Below, piece by piece: positions 30,301 through 39,887 of a DNA stretch of 64,000 bases. The notes under the pieces are model-generated. The model made no database searches. It saw only the letters and a program-made list of their open reading frames with translations, and was not told the origin of the DNA. A program made the position numbers and the translations under genes. Source of the stretch: Thermodesulfobacteriota bacterium (GTDB lineage Bacteria; Desulfobacterota_D; UBA1144; Nemesobacterales; JAJCZQ01); assembly GCA_965215275.1 (NCBI GenBank), contig OZ244044.1, forward strand, positions 1,312,001 to 1,376,000, in the 5' to 3' direction. Each line of letters begins with the position of its first letter. Position 1 is the stretch's first letter.

Positions 30301-30824
30301 TAGCCGGTATCATCCGGTCCCTTGATATAAAGCAGTCAAAAAACGGTAAAGGGAGTTACGGGAATATGGTGCTTGAGGATATAAAAGGTTTAGTGGACGT
30401 TATAGTATTTAACGATACCTTAAGAGATTTCGGACATATTCTTAAAGAAAGGTTTGAACCGATAGTGGTTGAAGGACTTGTTGATCCCGGTGAAGAAGAT
30501 GAAGAGGATGCAGACCAAGTAAAAAATAAGAAGAACACAGGGGTTAAGATCAAGGCTATCAGCGTTTATTTGTTAGAGAGTATCAAAAGCAAAAGTTCAT
30601 TGTTGCACGTGAGTCTGGAAGAAAAAGATTCAGATCAAAGCGTTATGAAAAATCTCAAACACGTGTTCAATTTCAATCCTGGAAGTTGTAAAATTCACCT
30701 TCACATCAATAGCAACGGTGGGGAGGTGGTCATTGAGGTGGGTAACTGCACGGTCAGTGCTGACGAAACGTTAATAAGCGAGATTGAAAATATTATTGGT
30801 AAAGGAAGAGTAAGCCTTTCTTAA
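27324..30824 (+). CDS. dnaE: DNA polymerase III alpha subunit
   Basis: FVHLHLHSQYSLLDG, GRGSAVGS, FERFLNPERISMPDIDVD, FNKSHS. Confidence 0.99.
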   Translation: MSDNFVHLHLHSQYSLLDGAIKFENLVDRVNEFDMGAVAVTDHGNLFGAYQFYKTATDAGVKPIIGCEIYITPTLKLDKPSDGETFHLTVLCMNEVGYKNLSRLVTKGYLEGFYRKPRVDHELVDIHNEGLIVLSGCMSSEISQALLSRDKKEATAIASKYHEIFGDRYYLEVQATGTKEQDFLNKDLKEISDELGIPLIATNDCHYLRQEDERLHDALLCIQTGKFLKEEKRLKFQNDQFFVKSKEQMQDTLKGFDEALEKTVEVANRCDFKFKTFKTEGVYKFPDFKPPKGMTLDDHITTLSHQNLDELISTRSIADNQIDEYKQRLDHELEIICQMRFSAYFLIVADFINYARSKDIPVGPGRGSAVGSLVAYALGITDVDPIPYDLLFERFLNPERISMPDIDVDFCAEGRDQVIEYVIEKYGKDKVAQIGTFGTMSSKAVIKDVGRVLEIPYLRVNEVSKLIPSFRGKPISVEEALKKVPEIKSMVKEVPEHQELMHLAKPLENMVRHASAHASGIVISNEPLSDYIPLYKGSKNETLTQFDMNCLEELGYVKFDFLGLKTLTIIDNAVKCINESLTDPAQRIDIKKIPLDDRKVYELLVSGNTQGVFQIESSGMKDLLKRLKPSAFEDIIPLVALFRPGPLDSGMVDDFVKIKNGRKKIKYPHPDLENILKDTYGLFVYQEQIMQTASKIAGYTLEEADLLRRAMGKKKPQEMKKQRDRFVTGAIDRGISERKATELFDTMEKFAEYSFNKSHSTAYALITYQTAYIKAYYPVEFMASLMTNESQNIKKIIPCINECRQMNIKVLGPDVNESKSGFMPVAGRIRFGLSAIKHVGKIPVKEIVESREKDGPYKSIFDFCSRVDRKKVGKKPLVSLIKSGAFDSLEPNRAKLFHSSEKLIMFNALKHKSSIEGQNSLFEMDSTQPPVDLADVEEWDERTMLENEKDALDFFVTSHPTLIYSSDLERYARTSGNDSETISTHKSKKKITIAGIIRSLDIKQSKNGKGSYGNMVLEDIKGLVDVIVFNDTLRDFGHILKERFEPIVVEGLVDPGEEDEEDADQVKNKKNTGVKIKAISVYLLESIKSKSSLLHVSLEEKDSDQSVMKNLKHVFNFNPGSCKIHLHINSNGGEVVIEVGNCTVSADETLISEIENIIGKGRVSLS

Positions 30825-31111
30825 TTTTCCTGATTGTACGCTTCTATGATCTTTTCCAAACTTTCCGGAGCGTCAGTTGTTACAAAGATTTCCTGAATTG
30901 AACTGCCGCTGCGAGCAATGAGTTTTGCCCCAGCTTCGGTTTTATACTGATACGAGACTTTTAAAACTTCTCCCGTTGCTTTACCTACGTCTATCCGTCC
31001 CGGTATAATCCCTTTAATGAAATCCTGACTTGAGATCTCTTTTTCCAGAAATTTTCTGAGTCCTTTTATCATGCCGTGCTGACTTTTAATCTTGTTTTTT
31101 CTGTGCTTCAT
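30821..31111 (-). CDS. DUF2103-like small protein
   Basis: H..I.GL...L....IIPGRI...GAKLIARSGSSIQEIFV pattern. Confidence 0.65.
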   Translation of the reverse strand: MKHRKNKIKSQHGMIKGLRKFLEKEISSQDFIKGIIPGRIDVGKATGEVLKVSYQYKTEAGAKLIARSGSSIQEIFVTTDAPESLEKIIEAYNQEN

Positions 31112-31171
31112 ACTTAACTTGTTAGCAGGTTATTTATATGGTGTCAAACTGCCACGTAAGACGTGCTTCCT

Positions 31172-33340
31172 CTATTTCAGAAAACTTGCCAGGACCTTCT
31201 TGACCCCAACGCTTTCGAAAGACACTGTTACCTTTGCCTTATCTCCGACACCTTCGATTTTAACTACGGTCCCGTTGCCAAAAGTATTGTGACTTACTTT
31301 CTGACCGTTTTTTATCCCTGGGTCAAGGTCATTGAGAGTGTTTTGCTCATGGTCTTCCTGATGCCTGTCGTTTTTTTGGCTAATTTGGTAGCTTGAATTA
31401 TGTCCGTTTCTGATGTTTGATTCGTGGCTTGTCCAGTCTATCAGGTCTTCGGGTAATTCCTTTATGAACCTTGATCGCCCGCTTGTAAATGTATTACCAA
31501 AATACTGTCTGATCTCGGCACTGGACAGATAGAGTTTTTCCTTTGTCCTTGTGATGCCTACGTACAGGACCCTTCGTTCTTCCTCCATTTTGTCTTTATC
31601 TTCTTGTGATTCTGAATGTGGCAGTAATCCTTCCTCAAGTCCCGTTATAAACACAACCGGGAATTCCAGTCCTTTGGCAGCGTGAAGTGTCATCAGGCTT
31701 ACTTTGTCGTTATTGTTATCCAGACCGTCGGTTCTGCTCGCAAGAGCTACCCAGTCCAGGAAATTTTCAAATGCTGCATCTTCTTCACGGTCAAATTCTT
31801 CAGCAAAGCTGACCAGATTACTTATATTATGTTTTTTATCCTCGTCATCCTTAATACGGTTAAGGTACTTTGTGTCGTTCAGGACTTTTTTGATTATTTC
31901 TGCGACCTTCATGTGCCTGGAATCACTTATCAGACCTTTGATGATTTTATGGAATCTTTTTAGCCTTCGCGTGGTTAACGGGGAAAGTACCTGATGAGAA
32001 ATACAGTGTTCGATCGAGTCAAATATGGACAGGTCGTGTTCCTGGGATATAAGTTCTAAGTCGTCCATTGTTACCTTTCCGATCTTTCGTGATGGAACGT
32101 TAATAATTCTCCTCATGCTCAGGTCATCTGCAGGATGTCTTATCAGCCTGAGATAAGAGATTATGTCTTTTATTTCTGCTCTCTGATAAAATCCGGTACC
32201 GCTTATGATTACGTAAGGTATACCTCTTTTTATCAGTTCATCTTCTATCGTCTTTGACTGATGGTGTGTTCTGTAAAATACAGCGATGTCCTTGTAGGAA
32301 ACGTTTCTGGTCTTTATCTCTTTATATATACTTTCTACCAGATTTAATGCTTCGTCCTCCCCGTCAGAAGCTCTGTAGTAACTGACGTGGTCTCCCTGAT
32401 GGTTATCCGTGTACAGGTTTTTTTCTTTTCTCATCAGGTTGTTTTTTATAAGTTCGTTGGAAAGGTGTAAGATGTTTTTGGTAGTACGGTAATTTTTTTC
32501 CAGTTTTACGACCTTTGTTTCCTCAAAATCGTTTTCAAAGTTCAGGATGTTGTTAATATCAGCACCTCTCCAGCCGTATATTGATTGACTGTCATCTCCG
32601 ACGACGAATATATTTCTGCTTTTCTGAGCCAGCAGTTCGACCATTAAATACTGAAGATGGTTGGTGTCCTGATACTCGTCAACGAGTATGTGCTTAAATT
32701 GTTTTTGATAAGACGCAAGGATTTCCGGATGTTCGGAAAAAAGTCTTACGGTCAAGTTGAGAAGGTCCGTGAAATCAAGGGCATTGTTTTTTCTCATCTC
32801 GCTTTCATAAATCCTGATAATTTCCCTCACATTGTGATCGCCTACTTCTAATTCCAGATCATCCATCTTCAGCCCACGTTGTTTGAGTGAGTTGATATTT
32901 CCCCTGACCATTTTTGGACTATATATTGCCTCATTGCAGTCAGCGGACTTTATGCATTCTGTTATAAGTTTTATCTGGTCATATTCATCAAAGATCGTAA
33001 AATTTGAGTAAAAGCCTTTAAGGTTTTCTATATCTTTTTTTAAGATCCTGTAGCCGATGGAATGAAAAGTGCCGATCCACATCCCTTTTGTGGATAATCC
33101 TACAAGGCTTTTTACTCGAGATCTCATCTCCTCTGCGGCTTTGTTTGTAAAGGTGACGGCAAGGATGTTGTAAGGTGAGATATTCTCTTTATCTATCAGG
33201 TACGCAATTCTGTGCGTGAGCGTTCTGGTCTTTCCGGAGCCAGCACCTGCGAGGATTAAAAGCGGTCCCCCTGGATGGGTTACTGCCTCATTTTGTTCCT
33301 TGTTTAGTTCTTTCAGAAGTTGCATGTTATCGTCTCCCAT
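31172..33340 (-). CDS. pcrA: UvrD/PcrA helicase
   Basis: AGAGSGKT, VDEYQDTN, VGDDSQSIYGWRGA, TLHAAKGLEF, EERR..YVGITR, C-terminal Tudor-like domain. Confidence 0.97.
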   Translation of the reverse strand: MGDDNMQLLKELNKEQNEAVTHPGGPLLILAGAGSGKTRTLTHRIAYLIDKENISPYNILAVTFTNKAAEEMRSRVKSLVGLSTKGMWIGTFHSIGYRILKKDIENLKGFYSNFTIFDEYDQIKLITECIKSADCNEAIYSPKMVRGNINSLKQRGLKMDDLELEVGDHNVREIIRIYESEMRKNNALDFTDLLNLTVRLFSEHPEILASYQKQFKHILVDEYQDTNHLQYLMVELLAQKSRNIFVVGDDSQSIYGWRGADINNILNFENDFEETKVVKLEKNYRTTKNILHLSNELIKNNLMRKEKNLYTDNHQGDHVSYYRASDGEDEALNLVESIYKEIKTRNVSYKDIAVFYRTHHQSKTIEDELIKRGIPYVIISGTGFYQRAEIKDIISYLRLIRHPADDLSMRRIINVPSRKIGKVTMDDLELISQEHDLSIFDSIEHCISHQVLSPLTTRRLKRFHKIIKGLISDSRHMKVAEIIKKVLNDTKYLNRIKDDEDKKHNISNLVSFAEEFDREEDAAFENFLDWVALASRTDGLDNNNDKVSLMTLHAAKGLEFPVVFITGLEEGLLPHSESQEDKDKMEEERRVLYVGITRTKEKLYLSSAEIRQYFGNTFTSGRSRFIKELPEDLIDWTSHESNIRNGHNSSYQISQKNDRHQEDHEQNTLNDLDPGIKNGQKVSHNTFGNGTVVKIEGVGDKAKVTVSFESVGVKKVLASFLK

Positions 33341-33369
33341 AGAATTAGGTGCATTCGTTCGTATTATAA

Positions 33370-33443
33370 TGGCTGGGCCGGAAGGATTCGAACCCTCACT
33401 TACGGGACCAAAACCCGCTGTCCTGCCATTAGACGACGGCCCA
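33370..33443 (-). tRNA. tRNA-Gln(UUG)
   Basis: Reverse complement TGGGCCGTCGTCTAATGGCAGGACAGCGGGTTTTGGTCCCGTAAGTGAGGGTTCGAATCCTTCCGGCCCAGCCA; anticodon TTG, U1-A72 pair, encoded CCA. Confidence 0.96.
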
Positions 33444-33532
33444 GTTCAGACAGTAAATATACTTACAGCAGTGGTAATCTATCAAGGGTTTTTGTTATAA
33501 GTAATAGATTACTTCAATTTTTTATTTAAAAA

Positions 33533-34996
33533 CTAGCGGACAGGTGGTCTTTTGAGATGCCACTGTTCAGACTGTTCGTAGTTGTTTGCCACTTTCAATA
33601 TGGTTTCTTCGTCAAATGCTTTTCCAATTAACTGAAGTCCTATTGGCAGATTGTCACGGCTTGATCCGCAAGGGATCGATATGCCAGGCAGTCCTGCAAT
33701 GTTGCATGGTATTGTCAGCAGGTCAGACAGGTACATTTTTACCGGGTCTTCCGTTTTCTCCCCTATCTTGAATGCCGTTTCGTGGGAGGTGGGTGTGGCT
33801 ATTACGTCCACTTTTTTCCATGCTTTGTCAAAGTCCTGCTTTATAAGGGTTCTTACTTTCTGAGCCTTTATATAGTAAGCGTCATAGTATCCGGAAGACA
33901 GAGCGTAAGTTCCGAGCATGATCCTTCTTTTGACTTCATCTCCAAACCCTTCGGACCTGCTTTTAAAAAGCAGGTCTCTAAGCGTCTCCGAATCTTTAGT
34001 TCTGTAGCCGTACTTGACGCCGTCGTATCTTGCCAGATTGGAGCTGGCTTCGGAAGGAGCTATGATATAGTAGGTGGAAACGGCGTATTTGGTATGAGGC
34101 AGCGAGATCTCCACTATGTCTGCACCCAGTCCTTCAAGTTTTTTTATTGCCAGATCAACTCCGGACCTGACGTCTTCATTCATTCCCTGTATAAAATATT
34201 CTTTTGGAATCCCGATTTTAATCCCCTTTATATCTTCTTTAAGGTGAGTGGTGAAGTCCGGAACGTCTATATCTACGGAGGTTGAATCGTGACTGTCCGT
34301 GCCTGAAACAGCGTTTAAGATGATCGAAGCATCTTCAACGGTTCGTGCTATCGGTCCCGCCTGATCAAGAGATGAGGCAAACGCTATCATTCCATAGCGG
34401 CTGACCCTTCCATAGGTAGGTTTTAGTCCCACTACTCCGCAAAGTGCACTGGGCTGCCTTATCGACCCTCCCGTGTCAGTACCGACGGAACCAAGGCATA
34501 AGCCGGAAGCAGTCGCTGCGCATGACCCTCCGCTTGATCCACCCGGCACTCTTTCAACGTTCCAGGGATTTCTGACCGGTCCGAAAAAAGATGTTTCATT
34601 GGATGAACCCATTGCGAATTCGTCCATGTTGTTCTTTCCGATAATTACAGCTCCGGAGCTTTTCAGCTTCGCTGCTACCGTTGAATCATACGGCGAGATA
34701 AAATTTTCCAGCATTTTTGACCCACAGGTAGATGGAGCATCTCTCATTACGAATATATCTTTAAGGCTTAAGGGTATTCCATGAAGAGGTCCCAGGTACT
34801 TGCCGGCGATAATGTCTTTTTCGGCCTTCTCTGCCGTTTTCATGGCGGAGTCCCTTAGAAGGGCAATATAGGAGTTCAGTTTTTTATCTATTTTATCAAC
34901 GCGGTCTAAAATTGCAGACGTGATCTCAACCGGGGAGATCTCCTTTGTTCTGATCAGACGTGAAGCTTTGCTAATGCTCAGATAGTGTAGTTCCAT
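33533..34996 (-). CDS. gatA: Asp/Glu-tRNA amidotransferase subunit A
   Basis: Amidase signature GGSSGGS, GTDTGGSIRQP, SSNLARYDG, EVKRRIMLGT. Confidence 0.98.
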   Translation of the reverse strand: MELHYLSISKASRLIRTKEISPVEITSAILDRVDKIDKKLNSYIALLRDSAMKTAEKAEKDIIAGKYLGPLHGIPLSLKDIFVMRDAPSTCGSKMLENFISPYDSTVAAKLKSSGAVIIGKNNMDEFAMGSSNETSFFGPVRNPWNVERVPGGSSGGSCAATASGLCLGSVGTDTGGSIRQPSALCGVVGLKPTYGRVSRYGMIAFASSLDQAGPIARTVEDASIILNAVSGTDSHDSTSVDIDVPDFTTHLKEDIKGIKIGIPKEYFIQGMNEDVRSGVDLAIKKLEGLGADIVEISLPHTKYAVSTYYIIAPSEASSNLARYDGVKYGYRTKDSETLRDLLFKSRSEGFGDEVKRRIMLGTYALSSGYYDAYYIKAQKVRTLIKQDFDKAWKKVDVIATPTSHETAFKIGEKTEDPVKMYLSDLLTIPCNIAGLPGISIPCGSSRDNLPIGLQLIGKAFDEETILKVANNYEQSEQWHLKRPPVR

Positions 34997-35010
34997 AAAG
35001 TAACGACGAC

Positions 35011-35301
35011 CTACCCTTCTATGACTTTCGGCACTACAAAAAATCCACTGCTTGTTTCGGGAGCGTTCACCAGTGCGTCTTCTTTTGTAATCGACTGATG
35101 GATCTCATCGTCCCTCAGTGGTGCTGATATTGCCAGAACGTGCGAGGAATCTTCCGTTCTTTCCGTGTTCAGTTCGTTCAGGTCCTCAATGTGTTTTAAT
35201 ATCTCACCGAGCTGTCCGGTGAATTTTTCCAGCTCAGGACCTGTAAATTCCAGCCTGGCAAGTTCTGCCGTTGTTCTTACTTCCTCTTTGGATATTTTCA
35301 T
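35011..35301 (-). CDS. gatC: Asp/Glu-tRNA amidotransferase subunit C
   Basis: MKISKEEV...AELARL...LRDD...NAP.....FVVPKVI; start moved to ATG 35301. Confidence 0.93.
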   Translation of the reverse strand: MKISKEEVRTTAELARLEFTGPELEKFTGQLGEILKHIEDLNELNTERTEDSSHVLAISAPLRDDEIHQSITKEDALVNAPETSSGFFVVPKVIEG

Positions 35302-35360
35302 TGGACGTGCTTTGAAAAAGACTGGGGTAATTGTTATCCGATCTGGCGGTTTTATCAAAT

Positions 35361-36305
35361 TTACGCGGCGCAGAGATTTTCGGCAAAGTCCACGATCGGT
35401 CCCTCCAGTTTCGTGTTGCTGAAATGGTTTATTTCCCGGACGCACGTGGGACTTGTGGTGTTGATCTCGGTCAGATATCCCCCGACGACGTCAATGCCCG
35501 CAAGGTAAAGTCCATCCTGCTTCAGTCTTGAAGAGACGGCTTTGCATATATTAACGTCCCTTTCGTTGAGCTGGGTTTTTTCTGCATGACCGCCGGAGTG
35601 AAAATTACTTCTGAAATCCCCTTTTGCGGCGACCCTGAGCACTGCACCGATCGGCTCTCCGTTCAGCATGATTATTCTTTTATCTCCCTCGTGAAACTTT
35701 TCAATGAACTTTTGTGCCATTATATAAACCGATCCGTAGTCCGTAATGTTTTCAAGGATGGACGATGAGTTAAATTCCCCTTCCTGTACGTAAAAAATTC
35801 CTTCACCACCATAGCCGTCAAGAGGTTTTACCACTATTTTCCCTCCTGCCTGAACCATAAAGTCCTTTATCTGATCGATGTTTTTTGACACCAGTGTTTG
35901 AGGTATGAACTGCTCAAAATTCAGGCTGTATATTTTCTCATTGGCCTCTCTTATCCCTTTTGGGCTGTTTATCACTTTGGTACGGTTTTTATCTACCATA
36001 TCCAGTATGTAGGTGGCGTAGACGTAGTTCATATTAAAAGGCGGGTCTTTTCTCATCCATATAACGTCAAAATCATCAAGAGGCGTTGTAAAGCACTTTC
36101 CCAGACTGTAATGATCATCGGACGTTTGCAGCTTGATCTGGACTGCACGTGCACAGCCTTGTGCGTTCTCTATAAAAAGGTCCTTTAATTCGCAGTAACA
36201 GACCTTGTGGCCCCGCACCTGGGACTCGATCATAATTGCGAGAGTCGTGTCTTTTTCAACGTTGATGGAGTCAATAGGGTCCATCACAAAAAGCATTTTT
36301 AGCAT
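35361..36305 (-). CDS. gshB: glutathione synthetase
   Basis: FVMDPI, KDTT, MRKDPPF, NEK, KPLDGYGG, GDKRI, EINTTSPT. Confidence 0.97.
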   Translation of the reverse strand: MLKMLFVMDPIDSINVEKDTTLAIMIESQVRGHKVCYCELKDLFIENAQGCARAVQIKLQTSDDHYSLGKCFTTPLDDFDVIWMRKDPPFNMNYVYATYILDMVDKNRTKVINSPKGIREANEKIYSLNFEQFIPQTLVSKNIDQIKDFMVQAGGKIVVKPLDGYGGEGIFYVQEGEFNSSSILENITDYGSVYIMAQKFIEKFHEGDKRIIMLNGEPIGAVLRVAAKGDFRSNFHSGGHAEKTQLNERDVNICKAVSSRLKQDGLYLAGIDVVGGYLTEINTTSPTCVREINHFSNTKLEGPIVDFAENLCAA

Positions 36306-36429
36306 TGTATTTTGTACATAAGACCTGTTTGTTTTTATAAAAACCGATGTTACATATTATACATCAGATAAATTGATTATAAATTCTGCAAAGGTATATA
36401 TTATAAACTTTGCAGTTGATCTGAACGTT

Positions 36430-37065
36430 ATGAAATTAGAAGATCTGATAAAAGAGCGGGAAAGGAAAGGAACGGAGGAATTAACTGCCTCCTTGAAGAT
36501 CGCAGAGAGGGAGTGGAACAACGTCAGGACCTCACTTGAACTGTGTGGCGATATAGGTGATTTCCGCAAGGAAGATTTTATGGTCGGTATAATCGAGGAG
36601 GACGTTATCGTCAGGCAGCCCCTAGGCAGTCCGACAAAATCGGTGTCCGGATATTCCCCGACTTATTATCCAATGTATCTTTTGAGAAATTTACTGGTGA
36701 TGGACGACAAAATGTCCGACCTTGGTTACCGGTCAGTTGAGGCAATGTACGTTTTTGTTGAACTGGCTGTCAGTGCAGTTTCAAGACTTGGTATAGATGG
36801 CAACTTCGCAATGGGTTTTGGCAACGGTTATGCGTACGTCCGCACTGGATGGGTCGCCGAGAAAGGATGGGCAGTGGAAAGAGATATTTTTTACAGAGAG
36901 TTTTTCAGGGGAAGGAAAGTAAATTACGACTGGGATTTCTTCTGGCACTCAATTAAAAAAAGATTCTTCAGAAATTTTAATATGTTCGAAAGCTGGCAGG
37001 GTAATCCCTCCCTCTACCTGAAGGAGACCAGATCCAGGGCGAAAGTTAAACCTCTTCTTGTTTAG
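36430..37065 (+). CDS. hypothetical protein
   Basis: Long ORF with backbone-like composition filling the gap between gshB and dnaB; no motif recognised; start uncertain. Confidence 0.6.
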   Translation: MKLEDLIKERERKGTEELTASLKIAEREWNNVRTSLELCGDIGDFRKEDFMVGIIEEDVIVRQPLGSPTKSVSGYSPTYYPMYLLRNLLVMDDKMSDLGYRSVEAMYVFVELAVSAVSRLGIDGNFAMGFGNGYAYVRTGWVAEKGWAVERDIFYREFFRGRKVNYDWDFFWHSIKKRFFRNFNMFESWQGNPSLYLKETRSRAKVKPLLV

Positions 37066-37091
37066 CCATCTTCATCCTCGGGGTTTTTATA

Positions 37092-38438
37092 CTACTCGTA
37101 GGCAAGATTTTCGAAGCTCGGAACGCCCTGACTTTCAAGGAAAGCGAGTTTCACGGACCCCACAGGGCCGTTTCTTTGCTTGGCAACTATGATCTCAGCC
37201 TCTCCATCTTTTTCCTTAGGGCCTTTCCTGTAGGCATCCATCCTGTGTATAAACATCACAACGTCTGCATCTTGCTCAATGGCCCCACTTTCCCTGAGGT
37301 CTGCAAGCTGAGGCCTTCTGTCAGCTCTCGTTTCAGCCTGCCGGTTGAGCTGAGAAATGCCAATAACGGGTAAGTCTAACTCTTTAGCAAGTGCTTTAAG
37401 GGAACCGGATATCATGGCGATCTCCCTTTCACGGGATTCTGCTCTGCTGTGTCCTCGCATCAGCTGTAAGTAATCCACTATGAGCAGATCAAGTCCCTTA
37501 TCTCTTTTTTGTCTCCTTGCTTTTGCTCTTATTTCCATGACCGTCAGAGCTGGCGTATCATCAATAAACAGGTCTGTTTTGCTGTAAGCTTCAGCAGAAT
37601 TGTGTAGAGGTTTCATATCCTGGTCGTTAATAAATCCTCTTCGTATGTTTGAGAAGTCAACCTTGGATTTCATAGATAAAAGCCTGAGCATTAACTGTAC
37701 CCTGGACATTTCAAGTGAGAAAAATCCAACTTTGAGACCACCGTTAAGAACGGCATGTGAGGCAATGTTCAGACAAAATGACGTTTTTCCAAGGCCAGGT
37801 CTTGCGGCAATAATTATCAGGTCTGACTTCATAAGTCCGGAAGTTAAAAGATCAAGGTCTATAAACCCGGTTGATACACCAGCAACGAGGTTCTCTTTTG
37901 AACGTGCGGATTCAATCCACTTAAAAGCATCTGAAGCAAGGTCTTTGGCACTGTAAAAGCCCTGCTTTATCTGATCTTGAGCTATGTCAAGTATCTTTTT
38001 TTCTGCAGCGTCCAGCAGATCTGAAGTTTCCACGCTGTCGCTCCGTGCATCGCGGTTAATCTGCAAGGCAGTAAGTAACAGGCTTCTCAGAATGGACTTA
38101 TCTTTTACTATCTTTGCGTAATGGACAACGTTCGCCGTTGAGGGAACCAGACTGGTCAGGTGAGCAAGATAAGCGGCAGGACCACCATCCTCCTTGAAAA
38201 TGTTGTCCTTGTCCTTTAAATGTTCCAGCAGGGTAACCACGTCAATAGGTTTGCCGTTCTCAACAAGTTCGATCATTGAACTGAACAGTTTCCTGTGAGA
38301 TGGCTGGTGAAAATCCTCGTATAACAAGATATCCATGACCTCGTCTACAGAGTTGTTGTTAATAAGTATGGCACCAAGAACAGCTTTTTCGGCTTCTTCG
38401 CTGTAGGGGAGTGACTGGTCTGTGTTTTTCATAACCAT
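37092..38438 (-). CDS. dnaB: replicative DNA helicase
   Basis: EAEKAVLG, AARPGLGKT, VDYLQLM, SQLNR, DLRESGAIEQDAD, KQRNGP. Confidence 0.98.
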   Translation of the reverse strand: MVMKNTDQSLPYSEEAEKAVLGAILINNNSVDEVMDILLYEDFHQPSHRKLFSSMIELVENGKPIDVVTLLEHLKDKDNIFKEDGGPAAYLAHLTSLVPSTANVVHYAKIVKDKSILRSLLLTALQINRDARSDSVETSDLLDAAEKKILDIAQDQIKQGFYSAKDLASDAFKWIESARSKENLVAGVSTGFIDLDLLTSGLMKSDLIIIAARPGLGKTSFCLNIASHAVLNGGLKVGFFSLEMSRVQLMLRLLSMKSKVDFSNIRRGFINDQDMKPLHNSAEAYSKTDLFIDDTPALTVMEIRAKARRQKRDKGLDLLIVDYLQLMRGHSRAESREREIAMISGSLKALAKELDLPVIGISQLNRQAETRADRRPQLADLRESGAIEQDADVVMFIHRMDAYRKGPKEKDGEAEIIVAKQRNGPVGSVKLAFLESQGVPSFENLAYE

Positions 38439-38458
38439 CGTAATTTAACCATCATATT

Positions 38459-39790
38459 TTAGTTTTCAATCAGGATAATTCCAATATCCATAACGTTCGT
38501 GCCCGTGGGTCCTGTCTTTATAAGGTCGTCCAGTTTTTTGAAAAAATTATATGAGTTATTATCCGCAAGGTGATCCCTTGCACTGCAGTTGAACGTTCTT
38601 GCCACAAGTCTTGAATTTCCGTCACAGATAGCTCCTGCTGCGTCCGTGGGACCGTCTATACCATCGGTGCTTGCGAACAGTCCAACGATATTTTTATGAC
38701 CTACTATTTCCATACAGAACGCGATCGCGGTTTCCATGTTCCTTCCGCCCTTACCGCTGCCTATTACGTTTACGGTCGTTTCACCTCCGTAGATAACGCA
38801 AGCCGGCTTTTTAATTGGCATGCCAAGTCTTTCGATCTCAAAAGCTATTCCTGCTACTACCTTTGCTACCTCTCTTGCCTCACCGCTTATCTGTGATGAA
38901 AGCAGCAGCGTGTTATAACCAAGCTGTTTTGCTTTTTTTTCTGCCATTGCCAGAGATTTGAAATTGTTGCCGACTATTACCGTCTGCTGTCTGTCAAAGT
39001 TTAGTTCTTTTTTACTTAACAGGTTAGGTATTAAACCTTTTCTGCCTTTATCTAAGTGTAAAAGCACCTTGGGCGGGATAACGTGTTCCAGTTTAAGTGC
39101 TTCTATAACCCTCCATGCCTCTTCGAAAGTCGTGGTATCGGCCACTGTCGGACCTGAGGCTATTACCTCAAGTTTATCACCTACCACGTCTGATAATATC
39201 AGAGTGATGATCTGTGCCGGAATGGCCTTTTTAAGCAGTCCGCCCCCTTTGATCTGTGAAAGTTTCTTTCTCACCGTGTTGAATCCATTGGCATCTACGC
39301 CGGACAGGAGGAGTTCTGAGGTTACTTTTTGTTTTTCTTCAATACTGATCTTTTCCCTTGGCATTGCCAGAAGGGAACTGCCGCCACCGGATATTAGAAA
39401 TATTACAAGGTCGTCTTCTCCTGCTTTATCCAAAATGCTTGTGACCTTAATGGCCGCCTGCAGGCTCTTGTCGTCGGGTATGGGGTGGCTTGAAAGATAA
39501 AAGTTCATACGGTCGAACGAGTGGTCGGGTTTGGAGTTAGAAATAATAATTCCATCCGTGACACTGTCTCCGAGCAGCGTTTCCATTGAACTGGCCATTG
39601 ATGAGGCCGCTTTACCAAAGGCAACTATGTATATTGCTCTGTAGTCAGCGATTTTGTATTTTTGAGAATCTACTCTTAATACACCTCTGTTAAGGGAGAC
39701 GTGCTCTAATATGCACCTTCTGGGATTTGCGGCATTCAGTGCCTCGTTAAATATTTCTCTGGCGTCACTGCGGAGTTTTTCTGTGGACAT
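38459..39790 (-). CDS. glycerate 2-kinase (MOFRL/GckA-TtuD family)
   Basis: FGKAA, HPIPD, LISGGGSSL, SDVVGD, IASGPT, GGETTV, GKGGRN, TDGIDG, TGTNVMD. Confidence 0.93.
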   Translation of the reverse strand: MSTEKLRSDAREIFNEALNAANPRRCILEHVSLNRGVLRVDSQKYKIADYRAIYIVAFGKAASSMASSMETLLGDSVTDGIIISNSKPDHSFDRMNFYLSSHPIPDDKSLQAAIKVTSILDKAGEDDLVIFLISGGGSSLLAMPREKISIEEKQKVTSELLLSGVDANGFNTVRKKLSQIKGGGLLKKAIPAQIITLILSDVVGDKLEVIASGPTVADTTTFEEAWRVIEALKLEHVIPPKVLLHLDKGRKGLIPNLLSKKELNFDRQQTVIVGNNFKSLAMAEKKAKQLGYNTLLLSSQISGEAREVAKVVAGIAFEIERLGMPIKKPACVIYGGETTVNVIGSGKGGRNMETAIAFCMEIVGHKNIVGLFASTDGIDGPTDAAGAICDGNSRLVARTFNCSARDHLADNNSYNFFKKLDDLIKTGPTGTNVMDIGIILIEN

Positions 39791-39887
39791 AGGTACTCAA
39801 TATTACCTAAAAAACGGCAGATGGTCATCCCCGATGACCGCAATAGTTTAAGTTTGCAGGACCTGATGAAAAGGTTACTATTTATCT

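Noticed and set aside
39823..39839. GGTCATC-CCC-GATGACC inverted repeat between glycerate kinase and apbE
   Set aside because: A single 7-bp arm pair with no second copy found; could be chance
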